A stretch of 61,692 bases of DNA, counting the filler, from Thermodesulfobacteriota bacterium (GTDB lineage: Bacteria; DASVDK01), in the NCBI GenBank assembly GCA_036381125.1. It is 4 parts of 4 records of this genome, joined end to end, with 100 filler letters (N's around TTAATTAATTAA, not from the genome) between each part and the next. Parts side by side here need not be neighbours in the genome. Positions count along the whole stretch, not along the records: positions 53,564 to 61,692 come from DASVDK010000304.1; 3 more parts are not named here. One strand, 5' to 3'. How positions within the stretch are numbered: the first letter of the stretch is position 1; each line of letters opens with the position of its first letter. The translations under genes and the position numbers were made by a program. A model generated the notes under the pieces. It saw only the letters and a list, made by a program, of their open reading frames with translations. It ran no database searches and had not been told where the DNA came from. Of this stretch, positions 57,047 to 61,692 are shown piece by piece.

Positions 57047-60000
57047 CTAGGCGGCCTGCGAGGACTTGGCCGGCTCCACGCCCTCCTCGGTGAGCCTGAC
57101 CGACACCACCTTCGACACGCCAGGCTCCTCCATCGTGATGCCGTAGAGGGTGTCGGCGATCTCCATCGTCCGCTTGTTGTGCGTGATCAGGAGGAACTGG
57201 CTCTTCGTCGCCATCTCCTTGACCATGTCGTTGAAGCGGCCGATGTTCGCCTCGTCGAGCGGGGCGTCGACCTCGTCGAGGAGGCAGAACGGCGACGGGC
57301 GGACGAGGAAGATCGCGAAGATCAGCGCCACCGCGGAGAGCGCCTTCTCGCCGCCCGACAGCAGGAGGACGTTCTGGAGCTTCTTGCCCGGCGGCTGCGC
57401 GACGATCTCGATGCCGGTCTCGAGGAGGTCCCCCTCGTCGGTCAGCGCCAGCTCGGCGCGGCCGCCCTGGAACAGGCGGGGGAAGAGCGCCTTGAACTGC
57501 GCGTTGATGGCCTCGAACGTCTCGGCGAACCGGGCGCGCGTCTCGCGGTTGATCCGCGAGATGGCCTGCTGCAGGTGCTCGAGCGAGCGCGAAAGGTCGG
57601 CCTGCTGCTCCGTGAGGAACTTGTGCCGCTCCTCGAGTTCCGCGTACTCCTCGAGGGCGCCGAGCGAGACCTCGCCGAGCGCGGCCATCTGGTCGCGCAG
57701 CTTCGCCAGCTCCGCGCGGGCCGCCTCGACGTCGAAGGGCAGGAGCGGCGCCGATGCATCCGCCTCGCCGGCCGGAAGCGGCTCGGTTGCCGACGCCACC
57801 AGGGCCTGCCCCTCCGCCACGAGGACCTCGAGCGTGACCCGGAAGCGCTCGTCCGCCTGCGCCGCCAGCGCCTCGCGCCGCATCGTCCGCTCCGCCTGGG
57901 CCACCTGCGCCTCGGACACCCGCCCCCGCGCGGCGTCAAGGAGCCGCCGCGCCTCGCGCACGTCGGCGTCGGCCTGCGAGAGCCGGTCCGTCGCCGCCTG
58001 TGCCGCCTCCCGCGCCGTGACGAGCGCGGCCTCGGCGGCCACACGCGCGGCGTGGAGGCCGTCCAGGCGCTCGCCGAGGGCGGCGAGCTCCCGGGTGAGC
58101 CGCGCCTCCTCCTCGCGCCCGGCCGCCAGCTCGGCGGCGAGCGTCTCGAGCCGGCGCTCCACCTCGCCGCGCCGCTCGGCCAGGCGGGTCTCCTCGCGCA
58201 CCACCTGGGCGAGCCGCTCGGCTTCGGCCGCCGCGGCCACCTTCACCTCGGTGAGCGCCTGCCCCTCCCGCGCCGCCTGCGCCTCCAGGGCTGACACCCC
58301 GTCGAGGAGGCCGCGGATCCGCTCCTCCCGCGCCGCGCGGTCGGCCTCGGCCGCCGCCGCCTCCTCGCGCGCGCGGGCGATCGCCGACTCGAGCTCGCGG
58401 CGGTCGGCCTCGAGCCGGCTCGCCTCGTAGGCGAGCCCCTCGGCCTCGCGGTCGAGCCTGGCCGCCTCCTGGCCCGAGGCCTTGAGGTCCTTCTCGACGT
58501 CGACGAGCGCGAGGTCGAGCCGGTGCAGCTCCTCCCTGAGCCGCGTCGCCTCGGCCGCCGCGGCGGCGGCCTCGCGCTCGAGCGACTGCGCCTGCGCCTT
58601 CCTGGCGTCGATCTCCGCCGAGAGCGCGTCGAGGGAGGCCGCGAGCGTGGCGATCTCGCGCTTCTTCGACAGGATCCCGGCCGAGGCGCCGTGCGCCCCG
58701 GCGCCGCCCGTCACGGCGCCCCACGGATCGACCACCTCGCCGTCGAGCGTGACGAGCGTTCGCGCGAACCCGTTGCGCGCCCAGAGGGCGAGCGCCTCGT
58801 GGAGGTTCGCGACGAGCCAGACGTCCCCCAGGAGGTAGTCGGCCACCGGCCCCAGGTCCTGCCGGAAGCGGACCAGGTCGCGCAGCGGCGCGATGACCTC
58901 CGGCGGCGGCGCCTCCCGGGCCACCTCGTGCCCGTTGCGCACGTGGAGGTCGGACTTGATGGCCAGCGGGATGAAGGAGGAGCGCCCGGAGGCCTGCGTC
59001 TTGAGGTACTCGATCGCCTCGAGCCCTTCGCGGTGGCTCTCGACGACGACCGCCTGGAGCCGCTCGCCGAGCACCGCCTCGACCGCGGTCTCGTACCGCG
59101 CGTCGGTCTCGACGAGGTCGGCCACGAGCCCCAGCACCGCCTCTCGCCGGCTGAAGGCCGAGTCGGCCGCGAGCATCAGGCTGCGCACGCCGCTCTGGTA
59201 CCACTCGTAGCGCGCCTCGAGCTCGCGCAGCGACGCGAGGCGCGACGACTGCGTGGCGTGCGACTCGCGCAGCGCCTTGAGCTCCCCGTCGATCACGACG
59301 ACCGCCTCGCGCAGCCGCGCCTCCTCCGCGCGCTGCGCCGCGAGCCGGGTCTCGGTCTCGGCCCGCTGGGCCCGCCGCGCCTCGAGGTCCTGGCGGAGGC
59401 TCTCGCCGGCCGCCGCGGCGGACGCCCGGTCGGCGGCGAGTCGCGCCGTCGCCTCGGCGAGCCGGCTCGCCCGCTGGTCGAGCTCTCCGGTCCGCCGCGC
59501 GCCCTCGGCGAGGGCGTTGTGGGCCCTCGCGAGGCGTGCCGCCTGCTCGACCTCGGCGGTCCGCTCGCGGTCGAGCTCCTGCTGCCGCTCCCGCAGCGCC
59601 GCCTGGACCTCGCGGACCCGAGCCTCGCGCCGGTCCGCCTCGGCACGCGCCTCGGCCGCCCGCTCCTCGAGCGCCGCGCGCTGGCCGGTGAGGGCGGCCG
59701 CCTCGCGCTCGAGCTCGTCCGCCTCGGCGGCGAGGCCGGCGCGGTCGGCCTCGCGCCGCGCCTGGTCGCGCGCCACCTGCTCGAGGTCTCGCTGCACGAG
59801 CTGGCGCGCGCTCTCGGCCTGCTGGAGCGCCTCGGCCTGCCGGTAGCCCTCCGCCTCGGCCGCCCGCAGCCGCTCCTCGAGCTGCAGGGCCTCGACCCGC
59901 ATCGCCTCGGCCGCGGCGTCGGCGCGCGACACGGCCGCCTCGGCCGCCGCCGCCTCGTCGCGCAGGCGGTCGAGCGCCGACTGCCCGGCCGTCCACTCCG

Positions 60001-60748
60001 CCTCGAGCCTCGCCGCGTCGAAGGCGAGCACTTTGCGCTCGAGCGCGATCGCCTGGTCGCGGTAGCCCCGGTAGCGCTCGGCCTTCTTCGCCTGGCGGGC
60101 GAGGGAGTTCAGCTGGCGCTTGACCTCGGCGAGGATGTCGGTCACGCGCGTGAGGTTCGCGCGCGTCGCCTCCATCTTGTGCTCGGCCTCGATCCGCCTG
60201 GCCTTGAACCGGGTGATGCCGGCCGCCTCCTCGACGAGGACGCGGCGCTCGATCGGCTTCGCGGCAAGGATCTGGCCGATCTTGCCCTGCTCGATGATGG
60301 CGTAGGCCTTGGAGCCGACGCCGGTGCCCATGAACAGCTCGTTGATGTCCTTCAGGCGGCAGGGGGTGTCGTTGAGGAGGTATTCGCTCGTGCCGTCGCG
60401 GAAGAGGCGGCGGGTCACCTGGATCTCCGCCCGCCCTTCCTGTCCCGGCACCGACGACTGGGGGATCCCCGGCGGCAGGACGACCCCCTCGGCCGTGAAG
60501 GTGACCGAGACCTCGGCCATGCCGAGCGGCTTTCGGGTCTCCGACCCGTTGAAGATCACGTCCTCCATGCCGCGGCCGCGCAGGCGCTGGGCCGACTGCT
60601 CGCCCATGGCCCAGCGGATGGCATCGACGACGTTGCTCTTGCCGCAGCCGTTGGGGCCGACGATGGCGCTGATCCCGGGGGGAAAGGCCAGAGACGTCTT
60701 CTCGCAGAAGGACTTGAAGCCGACGACGTCGATCCGCTTGATGCGCAT
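57047..60748 (-). CDS. smc: Chromosome segregation protein SMC
   Basis: GFKSF, VGPNGCGKSN, coiled coils, hinge, LSGGEK and LDEVDAPLD; ATG start at 60748. Confidence 0.96.
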   Translation of the reverse strand: MRIKRIDVVGFKSFCEKTSLAFPPGISAIVGPNGCGKSNVVDAIRWAMGEQSAQRLRGRGMEDVIFNGSETRKPLGMAEVSVTFTAEGVVLPPGIPQSSVPGQEGRAEIQVTRRLFRDGTSEYLLNDTPCRLKDINELFMGTGVGSKAYAIIEQGKIGQILAAKPIERRVLVEEAAGITRFKARRIEAEHKMEATRANLTRVTDILAEVKRQLNSLARQAKKAERYRGYRDQAIALERKVLAFDAARLEAEWTAGQSALDRLRDEAAAAEAAVSRADAAAEAMRVEALQLEERLRAAEAEGYRQAEALQQAESARQLVQRDLEQVARDQARREADRAGLAAEADELEREAAALTGQRAALEERAAEARAEADRREARVREVQAALRERQQELDRERTAEVEQAARLARAHNALAEGARRTGELDQRASRLAEATARLAADRASAAAAGESLRQDLEARRAQRAETETRLAAQRAEEARLREAVVVIDGELKALRESHATQSSRLASLRELEARYEWYQSGVRSLMLAADSAFSRREAVLGLVADLVETDARYETAVEAVLGERLQAVVVESHREGLEAIEYLKTQASGRSSFIPLAIKSDLHVRNGHEVAREAPPPEVIAPLRDLVRFRQDLGPVADYLLGDVWLVANLHEALALWARNGFARTLVTLDGEVVDPWGAVTGGAGAHGASAGILSKKREIATLAASLDALSAEIDARKAQAQSLEREAAAAAAEATRLREELHRLDLALVDVEKDLKASGQEAARLDREAEGLAYEASRLEADRRELESAIARAREEAAAAEADRAAREERIRGLLDGVSALEAQAAREGQALTEVKVAAAAEAERLAQVVREETRLAERRGEVERRLETLAAELAAGREEEARLTRELAALGERLDGLHAARVAAEAALVTAREAAQAATDRLSQADADVREARRLLDAARGRVSEAQVAQAERTMRREALAAQADERFRVTLEVLVAEGQALVASATEPLPAGEADASAPLLPFDVEAARAELAKLRDQMAALGEVSLGALEEYAELEERHKFLTEQQADLSRSLEHLQQAISRINRETRARFAETFEAINAQFKALFPRLFQGGRAELALTDEGDLLETGIEIVAQPPGKKLQNVLLLSGGEKALSAVALIFAIFLVRPSPFCLLDEVDAPLDEANIGRFNDMVKEMATKSQFLLITHNKRTMEIADTLYGITMEEPGVSKVVSVRLTEEGVEPAKSSQAA

Positions 60749-60888
60749 TGCGGCCGTTTGTAGCACGCCCCGACGGCCGGGGTAAAGGCCAAAGATTGTG
60801 TTGGTGGGTAGCGCCAGCCCCTACCCGTAGTACGACTGAGCGCCTGGTTGCTGCACAGACGAGCCGCAGCCCGGCCGCCGGCGAGCCG

Positions 60889-61257
60889 TCAGGCCTCGGT
60901 GCGGTAGCGGGCCGCGATGAAGAGCAGGCGGGTGTCGCCCACCCGGATCTCGTCGAGGTTCTTGAGGCGCTCGCGGGCCCCCTTGCCGAGCCGCCGGTCG
61001 TTGAGCACCGTCCCGTTGAGGCTCTCGAGGTCGACGAGCGTGTAGACGCCCCCCTCGACCCGGACGGCGACGTGCCGCTTGCTCACGGAGGGGTCGGTCA
61101 GCGAGAAGTCGGCCTCGGTCCCACGGCCGACGATCGTCTCGGTCTGCGTGATGCGGTGGATGGCGGTGAGGTCGGGGCCGTCCACCACGGCGAGCGCCAC
61201 GACGAACGGCGCGCCGAACGGCTCTGGGCGGCGTCCCTTCACGTGCGTGTGGTCCAT
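60889..61257 (-). CDS. FHA domain protein
   Basis: VGR, SVSKRH, DLESLNGT and DEIRVG. Confidence 0.88.
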   Translation of the reverse strand: MDHTHVKGRRPEPFGAPFVVALAVVDGPDLTAIHRITQTETIVGRGTEADFSLTDPSVSKRHVAVRVEGGVYTLVDLESLNGTVLNDRRLGKGARERLKNLDEIRVGDTRLLFIAARYRTEA

Positions 61258-61273
61258 GAGGGGTGACTCCCGG

Positions 61274-61692
61274 TCACTCGAGGCGGTCCCGGATCCGGTC
61301 GATGCCGGCCCTGGCGCAGGCCTCGTCCCGGTCCGCGCCGGGCGCGCCGGCGACGCCGATGGCGCCGATCACGTCCCCGTCCGCCTCGATGGGCAAGCCG
61401 CCTCCCAGCAGGAGCAGGCGGTCGATGTCGCGCAGGCCGGCCGCCCCCGGACCGCCGGCGGCGATCTCGGCGTAGCGGGAGGTCGACTCCCGGAGGCTGG
61501 CGGCCGTGTACGCCTTGCGCGACGCCGAGTCTATCGTGTGCGGCCCCGCCCCGTCGCCGCGCAGCAGCACCCGCAGGTTCCCGGCCCGGTCCGTCACCGC
61601 GGCCGAGACGCGGTAGCCCTCCTTCGAGCAGGCCGCGACCGCGGCGGCCGCCGCCTCCTGCGCAAGTGCCATCGGCAGGACCCGCTCGGTCG
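61274..61692 (-). CDS. GlcG/HbpS family heme-binding protein (5'-truncated)
   Basis: AVTDRAG, RGDGAGPHT, KAYTA, GGLPI, GAIGVAGAPG and DEAC. Confidence 0.88.
   Translation of the reverse strand, partial: TERVLPMALAQEAAAAAVAACSKEGYRVSAAVTDRAGNLRVLLRGDGAGPHTIDSASRKAYTAASLRESTSRYAEIAAGGPGAAGLRDIDRLLLLGGGLPIEADGDVIGAIGVAGAPGADRDEACARAGIDRIRDRLE

Noticed and set aside
60787-60830. AT-rich CAAAGATTGTGTTG (possible NrdR-like operator) and a GGGTAG/CTACCC hairpin upstream of smc
   Set aside because: The match to consensus is poor and there is a single copy, so it cannot be supported without comparative data.

Overview
High-GC bacterial DNA, probably from a draft or metagenome-assembled genome. It consists of four contigs joined by artificial 100-nt spacers (N-run + TTAATTAATTAA + N-run at 16120-16219, 39249-39348 and 53464-53563), so adjacency across the spacers is meaningless. 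Contig 1 carries DUF296, glycogen-debranching and SPW genes and opp-type ATPases. It also has a ~10 kb minus-strand catabolic operon (Zn-dehydrogenase, acyl-CoA ligase, thioesterase, LIV-type ABC importer, SDR, ATC-hydrolase, M20 amidohydrolase), preceded by a leaderless poly-cysteine uORF and a structured leader. Contig 2 carries 2-hydroxyacyl-CoA dehydratase/activase genes, hydrolases, secreted proteins, panE-mandelate racemase-EamA and egtD/egtB. Its main feature is a GntR-associated locus that gene callers would fragment. The locus is gntR-tctB-tctA-tctC-UGSC selenoprotein-partner-Zn dehydrogenase-aminotransferase, with a divergent selenocysteine glutaredoxin-DinB fusion. The two clear in-frame UGA codons lie in UxxC motifs and are each followed by a hairpin with the same GA-GTW-TC apex. 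A third in-frame UGA (in a *RLC context) lies in tctB. Contig 3 carries slt, a NodIJ-like ABC exporter, a TPR lipoprotein, PhoH2, an inserted methylase plus putative endonuclease pair, tsaD and a system I cytochrome c maturation operon with a CcmA-CcmB fusion. Contig 4 carries REC-PilZ, comB, GDPD, ftsY, smc, FHA and GlcG/HbpS genes. All family calls come from motif recognition by eye; no database searches were run.
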